A stretch of 64,000 nucleotides of DNA from an uncultured delta proteobacterium. GTDB lineage: Bacteria; Desulfobacterota; Desulfobacteria; Desulfobacterales; B30-G6. Of this stretch, positions 39,287-49,000 are shown in pieces (position 1 is the first letter of the stretch; every line of letters starts with the position of its first letter). Under the pieces are notes generated by a model that saw only the letters and a program-made list of their open reading frames with translations, was not told the DNA's origin and did no database searches. Position numbers and translations under genes: made by a program. The stretch is from positions 832,001-896,000 of the forward strand of contig CAWGLD010000001.1 in NCBI GenBank assembly GCA_963823335.1, in the 5' to 3' direction.

Positions 39287-41245
39287 ATGAACAGCTTTTT
39301 TCTGTCGATCGTGCTAATCTGCGGTGGCGGTCTTGCCACCCTTTTTATTTGGCGAAAATTTATTTTGATGAAGACCGTTGCTGTCTTGACCATCAGTATC
39401 GGATGCGTCATTGGATTGTTCGATGCCCTGGTCAAACTGCTGAATCCAGGGCTTTATGGCGTGTCTTTTGAATACCTGAAACTATTCTCCCTTTCTTTTC
39501 ATATCGATGCACTGTCGGCCTTTTTTCTGGTCGCAATTTATGCCGTTTCTCTGCTTGCCGTAATTTACAGCTTTCACTACCTCAACAAACCCGAAAAGGC
39601 CCTCCGCGCGGCATCCGGCTATCTGTTCTTCTCCCTGTTGATCGTTTCCATGGCGCTGGTGGTGACCGCTGCCAATATGATCACCTTTATGCTTTCCTGG
39701 GAAATCATGTCCCTGTCATCATTTTTTCTGGTGATATATGACCACGAGTCTGCCGAAAACCGTAAAGCCGGATATCTATATTTTGTCTTTTCCCATGTGG
39801 GGGCCATGTTCATCCTGGCGGCTTTCGGTATTCTGTATGGGCACAGTGGCAGCTTTTTGTTCTCTTCCGGAGGTTCCATCCCTGATTCGGCAAAATTTCT
39901 GGTGCTGATACTCTCTTTTGTCGGATTCGGATCAAAGGCCGGTGTGTTTCCGTTTCATGTCTGGTTACCCCATGCCCACCCGGCCGCCCCGAGCCACATC
40001 TCCGCCGTAATGTCCGGCGTGATGATAAAGACAGGTATTTACGGCATTGTACGCCTGTATACCTCTCTGGGCCTTCATACGCCGTTATTTGGTGAAATCG
40101 TACTGGTTGCGGGAATGATTTCCGGTGTCCTGGGTGTTGTCTATGCCCTCGGCCAGCATGATATCAAACGACTATTGGCCTACCATAGTGTTGAAAATAT
40201 AGGAATTATCCTGATCGGGATCGGGATCGGCATGCTGGGTGTATCCTCCGGCAACCCGATCATGGCCGTCCTGGGGTTTTCCGGAGGCCTGCTGCATGTG
40301 TTGAATCACGCGATTTTCAAATCATTGCTGTTCATGGGCGCCGGCGTGGTAATCCAGAAAACAGGTACGCGCACCATCGATATGCTGGGCGGGTTGCTCA
40401 AAAAGATGAAAATTACCGGTCTCACATTCCTGGTGGGCTCTCTGGCTATTTCCGGTCTTCCGCCGTTTAACGGATTTGTAAGCGAATTTTTTATTTATTT
40501 AGGTGGATTTAGAGGCGTGGCCCTGGACAAGACAGCCTTTGTGCTGTGCATCATGGCCATTATCAGCCTGGCCATTATCGGTGGCTTGGCCCTGGCCTGC
40601 TTCACCAAGGTCGTGGGAGTGGTTTTCCAGGGAGAACCCAGGAGTTCGTGTGCCATGGCAGTGGATGAAAAAGGACCGGCTATGCTGGCACCCATGCTGA
40701 TTTTAGCCGCCAGCTGTGTCATCATCGGGGTATTTCCTCAGATGTTTATTGCCCTGGCGGTAAAGGCTGTTCCAGTCTCCGGGCTGGGGTATGGTCGCAT
40801 TCCCATGGAACCGTTTATGCAGATGACGGGAAATATCACCCTGGCCGCCACCATTTTCTTTGTCATTCTGCTGGCGCTTATCGCCCTGCGCCTGGTTTTC
40901 TACCGCACTAAAACCATTGGAAGCGCAGGAACCTGGGGATGCGGTTTTACACAACCAACCACCAAGATGCAGTATACCGGTACGTCCTACGCAGCTTCGA
41001 TTCTGGCATTTTTCAAGCCGGTCGCCCCTCTGCAAGAAGATCATCCCGCTATTCAGGGCCGATTTCCCCAAAAAACCCATTACCGCAGCCATGTGGATGA
41101 CATAGCCGAACGTCACATGGCGCGTGTGGTCGTCGACCCGGTTCTGTGGCTCTTCGACAGATTGCGCTGGATGCAGCATGGAGACATCCATTTGTATATC
41201 GGTTACATATTACTGGCCATTGTCGTGCTTTTATTTTTCGTTTAA
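39287..41245 (+). CDS. Ehr/Hyf antiporter-like membrane subunit (HyfB-like)
   Basis: WEIMSL, KAGVFPFHVWLPHAHPAAPSH.SA.MSG, KRLLAYHSVEN, NHAIFK, W.CG. Confidence 0.9.
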   Translation: MNSFFLSIVLICGGGLATLFIWRKFILMKTVAVLTISIGCVIGLFDALVKLLNPGLYGVSFEYLKLFSLSFHIDALSAFFLVAIYAVSLLAVIYSFHYLNKPEKALRAASGYLFFSLLIVSMALVVTAANMITFMLSWEIMSLSSFFLVIYDHESAENRKAGYLYFVFSHVGAMFILAAFGILYGHSGSFLFSSGGSIPDSAKFLVLILSFVGFGSKAGVFPFHVWLPHAHPAAPSHISAVMSGVMIKTGIYGIVRLYTSLGLHTPLFGEIVLVAGMISGVLGVVYALGQHDIKRLLAYHSVENIGIILIGIGIGMLGVSSGNPIMAVLGFSGGLLHVLNHAIFKSLLFMGAGVVIQKTGTRTIDMLGGLLKKMKITGLTFLVGSLAISGLPPFNGFVSEFFIYLGGFRGVALDKTAFVLCIMAIISLAIIGGLALACFTKVVGVVFQGEPRSSCAMAVDEKGPAMLAPMLILAASCVIIGVFPQMFIALAVKAVPVSGLGYGRIPMEPFMQMTGNITLAATIFFVILLALIALRLVFYRTKTIGSAGTWGCGFTQPTTKMQYTGTSYAASILAFFKPVAPLQEDHPAIQGRFPQKTHYRSHVDDIAERHMARVVVDPVLWLFDRLRWMQHGDIHLYIGYILLAIVVLLFFV

Positions 41246-41250
41246 ATGAG

Positions 41251-42180
41251 ATGATTGTTATGATTAAATCCATTCTATTCTGGGTTCTGGCCATACTTCT
41301 GGCACCGTTCTTTTCAGCGGTTATTCTGAAGGTGAAGGCTTTTTTCGGCGGGAAAAAGGGTCCTCCCCTGCTGATCAATTACTACACCCTTGCCAAATTA
41401 TTCAAAAAAGGTTCGGTTTACAGCACCAGCACAACCTTCATCTTCAAACTGGGACCCATGGTTTCGCTGGGAGCTGCTGTCACAGTCCTGTTGTTTCTTC
41501 CTTTTGCTGGCCACCCACCGGTCTTTTCGTTCCAGGGTGATCTTCTTTTCATTTTGTACCTGCTGGGCCTGGGCCGTTTTTTCACCATTGCAGCTGCCAT
41601 GGACACGGCCTCGCCATTCGAAGGGATGGGAGCCGCCCGGGAAGCTTATTTCCCGATTATCTGCGAAGCTACGTTGTTCATGATACTGATTCTGTTCTAT
41701 ATTTTGACCGGCGAATTACGTCTGGCAGCCTACTTTACAGGTAACCAGCCTTTTGGATTGTGGCAGGTGGCCGGGTCGCCCATGTTGTTTGTGGTAATTG
41801 CCTTTTTCGTTATTCTGCTGGCGGAAAACTCACGCGTGCCGGTGGATGATCCAGCCACTCATCTGGAATTGACCATGATTCATGAAGTGATGGTGCTGGA
41901 TCACAGTGGACCCGACTTTGGATTTATCGAGCTGGGATCCTTCTGCAAGCTCTTTTTCTACGCATCCATTGTCGCCAGGCTGATTATACCCATTGAATCC
42001 GGCTTTCTGGCACTGAACCTCTGTCTGTTCACAGCTTCCCTGCTGGTTGTGTATATGGCTGTGGGTGTCATGGAATCGGTCATGGCCCGTTACCGGATGG
42101 ACAGGGTTCCCAAGTTCCTCCTGACCTCTTTTGCCCTGGCCTTTTTTGCAACCGTTATTACACTGGAGTTTTTAAAATGA
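41251..42180 (+). CDS. NuoH/HyfC-like membrane subunit
   Basis: GPP..YY.L.KL..K, F.GMGA.RE, ENSRVPVDDP.THLELTMIHE. Confidence 0.9.
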   Translation: MIVMIKSILFWVLAILLAPFFSAVILKVKAFFGGKKGPPLLINYYTLAKLFKKGSVYSTSTTFIFKLGPMVSLGAAVTVLLFLPFAGHPPVFSFQGDLLFILYLLGLGRFFTIAAAMDTASPFEGMGAAREAYFPIICEATLFMILILFYILTGELRLAAYFTGNQPFGLWQVAGSPMLFVVIAFFVILLAENSRVPVDDPATHLELTMIHEVMVLDHSGPDFGFIELGSFCKLFFYASIVARLIIPIESGFLALNLCLFTASLLVVYMAVGVMESVMARYRMDRVPKFLLTSFALAFFATVITLEFLK

Positions 42181-42818
42181 GCATCCCGGTCGACATGACA
42201 TTGTCCCTTGTCCTGCTTTCGGTCCTGTTTTCGTTTGGTTCCAGCCGTCTGCCGGGGCTTATCAAGGTTCTGGCATTTCAGGGAATCGTCGTATCAATCG
42301 TCCCGCTGATAATCGGGCACGACATGACCACCGGCGGCGTTCTGTTTACGCTTGTCACCTTGACCATTCGTGGCATCGTCATTCCTTTTTGCATATATTT
42401 TGCCATTAAAAAAGTTGCCATTCGCAGAGAAGTGGAACCCATCGTCGGCTATCACGCCTCAGTTCTGGCAGGCCTGGGACTGATCGTGGCGGCCATGGTT
42501 GTCAGCCACAGATTCAATGCCCCGTCCATCAGTGCCAGCGTGCTGCTGCTACCCACCGCCATCGCCCTTCTGGTGGCAGGTATGTTTCTGCTGATGGCGC
42601 GGCGGAATGCCATCGCCATGGTGCTGGGCTATATCATGATGGAAAACGGCATTTACCTGGTGGGAACGACCTTTTCGGTGCGCGCCCTTCACATCGTGGA
42701 ATTCGGAATTCTACTGGACGTACTGGCCGGTGTCATGATCATGGCCGTTATCCTTCAGAATATCAAACAGACATTTGATGATGTGGATACCGCCTTGCTC
42801 AGAACATTAAAGGAATAG
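42177..42818 (+). CDS. HyfE-like membrane subunit
   Basis: Hydrophobic; ENG, E.G.LLD. Confidence 0.88.
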   Translation: MSIPVDMTLSLVLLSVLFSFGSSRLPGLIKVLAFQGIVVSIVPLIIGHDMTTGGVLFTLVTLTIRGIVIPFCIYFAIKKVAIRREVEPIVGYHASVLAGLGLIVAAMVVSHRFNAPSISASVLLLPTAIALLVAGMFLLMARRNAIAMVLGYIMMENGIYLVGTTFSVRALHIVEFGILLDVLAGVMIMAVILQNIKQTFDDVDTALLRTLKE

Positions 42819-42829
42819 GTGTTTGATTC

Positions 42830-44251
42830 ATGGTTGAAATCGTTTTTCTAGCCCCGTTTGTAACCGGCGTGATTGCCTTTTTCATGCCCCGCACTCTGGG
42901 ACGCTCATTGCTGGTCTTTACCGGAGCACTTCATCTGTTGCTCTCCGTCCTGCTTTGGATACGGCAGCCCGAACCACTGTTCAAATCCTATTTTGCCATC
43001 GCCCCGGAAGGAATGCTCTCTTTGCTGGTGATATCACTGCTGTTTTTTCTGATATCCATTTACACCATTGGCTATCTCAAGGTATCCGACATCAAGTCCG
43101 AGAATATATTTACCGGTTCCATGCTGTTGTTCCTGTCCACCATGACCATGGTGACCCTTTCCGATCATATCATGGTCATGTGGATCGCCATTGAAGCGAC
43201 GACCCTTGCCAGTGCACCGCTGATCTACACCCACCGCACTTCCGTCTCTCTAGAAGCTACCTGGAAGTATGTTCTGATCTGTTCTGTGGGCATTGCCATG
43301 GCGCTCTTGGGCTCGGTTCTGATCACCATTTCAATGGATGTTGGCAAGGTCGATGCACCGGTCTCCTTTTCTGCGCTTACGGCTGTTGCAACCCGTCTTG
43401 ATCCCATGTGGTTGAAGGCAGGTTTCGCTTTTATTCTGGTAGGATACGGCACGAAGATGGGCCTGGCGCCCATGCACACCTGGCTGCCCGATGCCCACAG
43501 CGAAGCGCCCAGCCCGGCATCGGCGCTTTTGTCCGGTGTACTGCTCAACTGCGCATATCTCGGAATCTTCAAAACCAATAAGATCATGCTGGCAGCCGGC
43601 CTGGGCAATTTTTCCGGTCCTATCCTTATGGGGTTCGGTCTGATTTCGATTCTGGCGGCAGGCACCTTTATTCTCAAACAGACAGAATACAAACGTCTGC
43701 TGGCATATTCGAGTATCGAAAATATGGGAATCATTGCCTTTGGAACCGGTGTTGGCGGACTGGGTGCCTATGGTGCCATGCTCTGCCTGATCCACCACAG
43801 TCTGATCAAATCTTCGCTGTTTCTGACTTCCGGAAATATTCTGCTGGGCTATGGCAGCCGACGGATTGACAAGACCGGCGACCTGGTTAACCGGATGCCA
43901 CGGACCTTTATCGCTTTTTTCGGTGGATTTGCGGCAATCGCGGGCTTACCCCCCTTCGGGCTTTTTATCGGCGAGCTGTTCGTCATCCTGGGAGCCTTTA
44001 AGGCGGGTCACTATATAGGCGTCACCGTTCTGGTGGTCAGTCTGTGTGCCATCTTTGCCGGTTTTGCCAACCAGGTTATGAAAATTTCTTTCAACACCTC
44101 AGAAGCCACGATCGGTTTGGTGGAAAAGGGCAATCTGGTCTGGCCCCAGTATGTGCTGCTATTAACCTCTCTGGTCTTGTGTTTCTGGATCCCGGACTCC
44201 CTGTACCAGACAATAATGAATGCGGTAACTTCCGTCAGTGGAGGTTTTTAA
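42830..44251 (+). CDS. HyfF-like antiporter membrane subunit
   Basis: WIAIEATTL, EATWKY..CSVGI, GYGTKMGLAPMHTWLPDAHSEAP, KRLLAYSS.E. Confidence 0.9.
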   Translation: MVEIVFLAPFVTGVIAFFMPRTLGRSLLVFTGALHLLLSVLLWIRQPEPLFKSYFAIAPEGMLSLLVISLLFFLISIYTIGYLKVSDIKSENIFTGSMLLFLSTMTMVTLSDHIMVMWIAIEATTLASAPLIYTHRTSVSLEATWKYVLICSVGIAMALLGSVLITISMDVGKVDAPVSFSALTAVATRLDPMWLKAGFAFILVGYGTKMGLAPMHTWLPDAHSEAPSPASALLSGVLLNCAYLGIFKTNKIMLAAGLGNFSGPILMGFGLISILAAGTFILKQTEYKRLLAYSSIENMGIIAFGTGVGGLGAYGAMLCLIHHSLIKSSLFLTSGNILLGYGSRRIDKTGDLVNRMPRTFIAFFGGFAAIAGLPPFGLFIGELFVILGAFKAGHYIGVTVLVVSLCAIFAGFANQVMKISFNTSEATIGLVEKGNLVWPQYVLLLTSLVLCFWIPDSLYQTIMNAVTSVSGGF

Positions 44252-45759
44252 TGAACACGACCTTTTTGGAGATTTCAAATGGTGTCGCCCTCCCCACAGA
44301 ACGGATCCCTCACCTTGCGTTTGACACCTTTCGCCAGGAAGCCCTGGATATTGTAAATAAAGGAGGGAAGGTCGTTCACTATTTTGCCTACCTTCAAGGC
44401 GACACCGTCAGACTGATGGCGATACTGCGCAAGGATTCACTGCTTGTGGCCGGCTGCGATGCACCCGACACCTATTCCGCCATGAGCAGCCAGTGCGAGC
44501 CCTTCCACATGTTTGAACGGGAGATCGCCGAGCAGTTCGGTATCCGGCCCGAGGGTCATCCCTGGTTGAAAATGGTTCGTTATCATCCCAATTATATGAA
44601 CAGGACCGACGTCTTCGATAATAATTACGCCGATGATATTCCCGGAAATTATGCCTACTACCGTGTGGAAGGTCAGGAGATTCATGAAGTGGCAGTCGGT
44701 CCCGTACACGCCGGGGTGATCGAGCCGGGGCATTTTCGATTCAACTGTATCGGTGAACGGGTGCTGAACCTGGAGATCCAGCTGGGGTATCAGCACCGGG
44801 GTATTGAAACGCTTATTCCACAGGTAGAAGCCAAACGCTTACCCCTGCTGACCGAAAGCATCGCCGGTGACACAACGGTGGGCCACTGCCTCTGTATGGC
44901 CCAGGCCGTGGAGGCCTTTTCCGCAGTCAAACCAGATAGCGGGGCGCATATCATCCGCACCATCGCCTTGGAACTTGAACGTATTCAGAATCATATCGGC
45001 GATCTGGGTGCATTGAGCGGGGACGTTGCTTTTTTGCCGCCCATGAACTACTGCGGCCGTATGCGTGGCGATTTTTTGAATATGTCACTACTGCTTTGCG
45101 GCAATCGGTTCAGCAAAGGATTTATCCGCCCGGGTGGCGTGCTTTTCACCATGGATGACGAAATCCGGAGCATTTTGACCGAGCGCATCATTGAAATCAA
45201 ACCGCAGGTCAAGCACGTGATCGATCTGCTCTTTTCGACATCCAGCGTGCGTTCACGTTTTGAAGATTGTGGCACGGTCAGCCAATCGGATGCGGAAAAC
45301 CTGGGTTTGGTAGGGCCTGCCGGCCGGGCTTGTGGCATTCCTTACGATGTCAGGCGCTGTTTTCCCAGCGAACATTATTCCGAACTCGATATTCCGGAAA
45401 ATGCCGAACACAGCGGTGATGTTTTTGCCCGGGCGAAAATCAGAGCGGACGAGACCCTGCAGTCCATCGATCTTATCCTGTCTCTGCTGAACGACCCGGT
45501 GGAAACGAATTGCACGAAGCCGGGGAATCTGTCTCTGGCACCCGATTCCTTTGTCGTAACCCTGAACGAGGCCTGGCGGGGTGAAGTTTCCCATTGTGTT
45601 TTAACAGACACGACAGGCAAAATCAGACGCTACAAGATCAAGGACCCCTCGTTTCACAACTGGAACGGCCTCTCCATGTCTCTGCGGGATACGGAAATTT
45701 CAGATTTTCCGCTCAACAACAAAAGTTACAATTTATCGTATTGTGGGTTTGATCTATAG
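44251..45759 (+). CDS. Ehr large subunit (NuoC/D-HyfG-like) lacking Ni-binding CxxC motifs
   Basis: FERE..E.FG, VGPVHAGVIEPGHFRF, LELERI, E..RG, DPSF.NW; L1 site reads ESIAGD, C-terminus NLSYCGFDL. Confidence 0.88.
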   Translation: MNTTFLEISNGVALPTERIPHLAFDTFRQEALDIVNKGGKVVHYFAYLQGDTVRLMAILRKDSLLVAGCDAPDTYSAMSSQCEPFHMFEREIAEQFGIRPEGHPWLKMVRYHPNYMNRTDVFDNNYADDIPGNYAYYRVEGQEIHEVAVGPVHAGVIEPGHFRFNCIGERVLNLEIQLGYQHRGIETLIPQVEAKRLPLLTESIAGDTTVGHCLCMAQAVEAFSAVKPDSGAHIIRTIALELERIQNHIGDLGALSGDVAFLPPMNYCGRMRGDFLNMSLLLCGNRFSKGFIRPGGVLFTMDDEIRSILTERIIEIKPQVKHVIDLLFSTSSVRSRFEDCGTVSQSDAENLGLVGPAGRACGIPYDVRRCFPSEHYSELDIPENAEHSGDVFARAKIRADETLQSIDLILSLLNDPVETNCTKPGNLSLAPDSFVVTLNEAWRGEVSHCVLTDTTGKIRRYKIKDPSFHNWNGLSMSLRDTEISDFPLNNKSYNLSYCGFDL

Positions 45760-45769
45760 GGAAATCAAT

Positions 45770-46513
45770 ATGCTTAACACGCTTAAAAACAGATTCGAAC
45801 AGGGTTACAGAACCACAAAATATCCGCAGGAAAAAATCGAACTGTGGAAGCGCTACCGCGGGCGCCCACTGATCAATAAAGACGCCCGGGATGACCTGGT
45901 CAAAACCTGTGCAGCGGCCTGCCCTCAGGATGCCATCGACACACAACATAAATTGATCGACATGGGACGCTGTGTATTCTGTGGAACCTGTGAACGCGTT
46001 TCCAAAGGAAAATTCGTCGCCTTTAGCCAGGACTTCGAGATCTCCGTGTCCGAGAAAGAACACCTGTTAACGGACGGATCTCTTCCCGAATTGGCCGCAC
46101 ATGCCCGGCAGCATTTCAAAAAGCTTTTCGGCCGATCCCTGCAGCTGCGCCAGGTATCAGCAGCCGGCTGCAACGCCTGCGAAGCGGATCTCAATGTTCT
46201 GGCGACACCCTTTTTCGACCTGGCCCGCTTTGGGATCAACTTCGTGGCCTCCCCCCGCCATGCAGACGGCATCGTCGTGACCGGTCCTGTCTCCCGCAAC
46301 ATGAAAACGGCTCTGTTTCAAACCTACGAAGCCGTAGCCGACCCCAAGGTCGTCATCGCCGTGGGCAGTTGTACCCTGACCGGCGGACCTTTCAGGGGCA
46401 GCCCCGAAATCACCGAAGGGCTGGACAGCCTCCTGCCGGTGGATCTTTATATCCCGGGATGCCCGCCCCACCCGCTGACCAATCTGCACGCCCTGCTGAC
46501 ATTTTTCAAATAA
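45770..46513 (+). CDS. Ehr small subunit: ferredoxin-like N-terminus fused to NuoB/HyfI domain
   Basis: CAAACP, CVFCGTC, GCNACE, SPRHAD..VTG, GSC, IPGCPP. Confidence 0.9.
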   Translation: MLNTLKNRFEQGYRTTKYPQEKIELWKRYRGRPLINKDARDDLVKTCAAACPQDAIDTQHKLIDMGRCVFCGTCERVSKGKFVAFSQDFEISVSEKEHLLTDGSLPELAAHARQHFKKLFGRSLQLRQVSAAGCNACEADLNVLATPFFDLARFGINFVASPRHADGIVVTGPVSRNMKTALFQTYEAVADPKVVIAVGSCTLTGGPFRGSPEITEGLDSLLPVDLYIPGCPPHPLTNLHALLTFFK

Positions 46514-46515
46514 TT

Positions 46516-47937
46516 TTACGGGCGGATGATGATGGTCGGATACAGCCCTTCCTTTTCTCCCCTTGGATAAGGCTGGATCGTGTTAAAGGAAATGTTTTGA
46601 TTTCTCTGGGCATGGCCCTTGTTGGAGTGGCCATTAAAAAAAGCACCGTTGGCTTCCAGGATATGCTGAATTCGCTCCTTGAAGGCCGTAACGAATTCGG
46701 CACCGCTGCCTTCAAAAATCATCTCCCCCTTTGAAAAGCGGCTATCTATTTTTGAGAAGGCCTTCAGGGGCATGCTGTTGCGCTCCAGGTCCTTTTCATC
46801 CGTCACCAGTCCCCAGACCAAATGACCGGCTGGAATCTTCAGCGGCTTGCGGATATCGATGATCGTATGGGGCATGACGATGCTCTCCTGGCCGATGGTC
46901 AGTCGTGACTCCGGTCGCCCCCGCAGAAAGCAGTTAAATCCAACAAAAACATCCTTTCCCAGAGCCGCTTCGATAATCTTGGCGCCATGGGCGGTAATGT
47001 CATTCCCCTCCAGGCGTGAGTTGATGATATAGCTATGCTCCTGGGCGTTGGCGCCTTTGCCGAGCCAGGCATTCTGGAGAAAGGCCCGCTGTGAGACCAG
47101 TACATTTTCACTGATATGCGTTTTGGGTTTGATTACGGCAAAGCGGTCAAGCGATGCGCTACGGGGAACAGACACGGAAGGTTCCAGATTGACCACGTTA
47201 AAAACCCGCTGAAAAGCTTCTTTGCGATCTTCCACAAAATCGATAAAGACACCCTGGGGAGAACTGCCGGCAGAAAAATAGATGTAATTGTTCAGGCGTT
47301 GGAGAGGGAACTGGTACAGGAAGTTGAACTTTTCAGGGTTGCGTACCCACACCGTCCCGGGTTCTATGTTCAGGTGGCTCACTTCCCCGGCTTGAATGTA
47401 TGAAAATGTTCCGATGAGACAGTCCTGTATGGTGGTGAGATCAACGGTTGAAAAGGGTCCCAGAAAACATCCATCCGAGGGAGAGCCGTGAATATTGGCA
47501 TAGTGGGTGGAGATGGTATCCCTGATAAAAAACTTCTCCAGTGTTTCCGGATCGTGGGAAAAATTGTGAACCAAGGTCTTGATCAGAAAGCTGTCATTTA
47601 TCTCGATCTCTTCATCCTCAGCCACCGGAATTTCAAATTCCTGGTATTGGAACAGATCCGCTTTCTGTTTGAGTTCGTCCCCCCGGACATCACTCTTATA
47701 AAGGAGGGAATTGGTCACGCTGCATTTTCCCAGAAAGTAACTGCCGGACAAATTGGAGTGCCTGAACTCAAAATTCAGGGGGTGGTGGGGCGTAATACCG
47801 TAAAATGCATAAAACTTCGTCATCTGGTTCGGCGGGATAAGATTCCGTACCAACGGATTGACATCATATTCAAGCTCCCGCAAATTGATGTTGACGCGCT
47901 GGATAATCCTGTCCAAAAGTTTTTCGAGTTCTTTCAT
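46516..47937 (-). CDS. Left-handed beta-helix protein with tandem gamma-carbonic-anhydrase-like domains
   Basis: VRGD, LVH, THYANIHG in domain 1; NAQE, TAHG, VFVGFN in domain 2. Confidence 0.65.
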   Translation of the reverse strand: MKELEKLLDRIIQRVNINLRELEYDVNPLVRNLIPPNQMTKFYAFYGITPHHPLNFEFRHSNLSGSYFLGKCSVTNSLLYKSDVRGDELKQKADLFQYQEFEIPVAEDEEIEINDSFLIKTLVHNFSHDPETLEKFFIRDTISTHYANIHGSPSDGCFLGPFSTVDLTTIQDCLIGTFSYIQAGEVSHLNIEPGTVWVRNPEKFNFLYQFPLQRLNNYIYFSAGSSPQGVFIDFVEDRKEAFQRVFNVVNLEPSVSVPRSASLDRFAVIKPKTHISENVLVSQRAFLQNAWLGKGANAQEHSYIINSRLEGNDITAHGAKIIEAALGKDVFVGFNCFLRGRPESRLTIGQESIVMPHTIIDIRKPLKIPAGHLVWGLVTDEKDLERNSMPLKAFSKIDSRFSKGEMIFEGSGAEFVTAFKERIQHILEANGAFFNGHSNKGHAQRNQNISFNTIQPYPRGEKEGLYPTIIIRP

Positions 47938-47950
47938 GGCATATCCTTAT

Positions 47951-48511
47951 CTATTCGGTTGCTTCGACTTCTTTCATGACATGGAAGGTTGCAGCAAACA
48001 CATCCGACATTCTCAGTACACCCACAATTTTCTTTTCTTTCGTCACCAGCAATGACAGATGGTATCCCGTAATCAGCTGGTGAACAGCAGTCTCGAGGGA
48101 GGTTTCTTCATTGATGTACTCACCCTCGGAAGGGGTTTGCATAAATTCTTCGACCTTGAGCTTGGCCGCTGTTGCATAGATGTCCTTGTTTGGAGGGATT
48201 GTCTGGCGGTACTGTTCCTGGCGTAGTGCAATGGACTTTGAACTAAAGCCGAATTTTCTGATATTCTTTATCCTTTCAGTTTTTTCATCCTTCGGTTCAA
48301 GGGATCTCATGAAATCCAACTGGCTTAGTTTCCCGACCACCTGTTTGTTGTTGTCCAGAACCAGCACGGCACGGTGGGAATATTGGGTGTGGCAATATTC
48401 CTCCTGGGCTTTTTCCAATGCAACCACGGCCTCGGACAGTGTCGATCCAACGGTTACGGTTGCATATTCTGAAATCGGAACCATCACGTCCTTCACACGA
48501 AATTGTTTCAT
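47951..48511 (-). CDS. CBS-pair domain protein
   Basis: VKDVMVP, VLVLD..VVG.LS..D, V.EFM, LLV..IVGVL..SD. Confidence 0.88.
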   Translation of the reverse strand: MKQFRVKDVMVPISEYATVTVGSTLSEAVVALEKAQEEYCHTQYSHRAVLVLDNNKQVVGKLSQLDFMRSLEPKDEKTERIKNIRKFGFSSKSIALRQEQYRQTIPPNKDIYATAAKLKVEEFMQTPSEGEYINEETSLETAVHQLITGYHLSLLVTKEKKIVGVLRMSDVFAATFHVMKEVEATE

Positions 48512-48613
48512 TTCTCCTCCAGGGAAGTATGGATATTACCTATTACCTGAACCTAACATGAGCACCTGAAGAACCCCGCAGCGAGTCACGGGGTCAGCAC
48601 TCGCTGTTGCAGT

Positions 48614-49000
48614 TCAACATTCGATTTCGATTTTAACTGCCGGTGTGTCCTCCATAACATGAATGGTCCTTGACATTTCAATCTTGTCCGGGTTGTCTGT
48701 GCTCTGTGAACGGAGCGCCGCTAGAAGCTCTTCCTGTTCCAGCAAAAATGACTGCCCGTGACGGTCGGTTGCCACTATCCCGCCCACCATGCCGTGATTG
48801 AAGGGAAACGCACCGAAATGTTTGGTAATCAGAATGATGGGGAAGCCCTGATTTTCATCAGAACAGAAGGCGCGGGAAGGCATGATCCTGCCTTTTTCAA
48901 AACCATATGATCTGCACAGGTTATACAATCGTGGAACAAAGACGCTGAAGCGCATCATCTTGTCGCTGATCTTAAAATCACCCATCAGACATTGCATCAT
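48614..49000 (-). pseudogene. Probable internally deleted LCIB-like (beta-carbonic anhydrase-type) gene
   Basis: AFCSDE..KHFGAFPFNHGMVGG resembles LCIB CxD..FG..F..GG.GG, then abrupt switch after DRHG to a short tail; later His/Cys ligands absent. Confidence 0.4.

Noticed and set aside
39287-46513. Functional [NiFe] hydrogenase-4 / formate hydrogenlyase
   Set aside because: Both Ni-binding CxxC motifs are missing; no fdhF or maturation genes in the window
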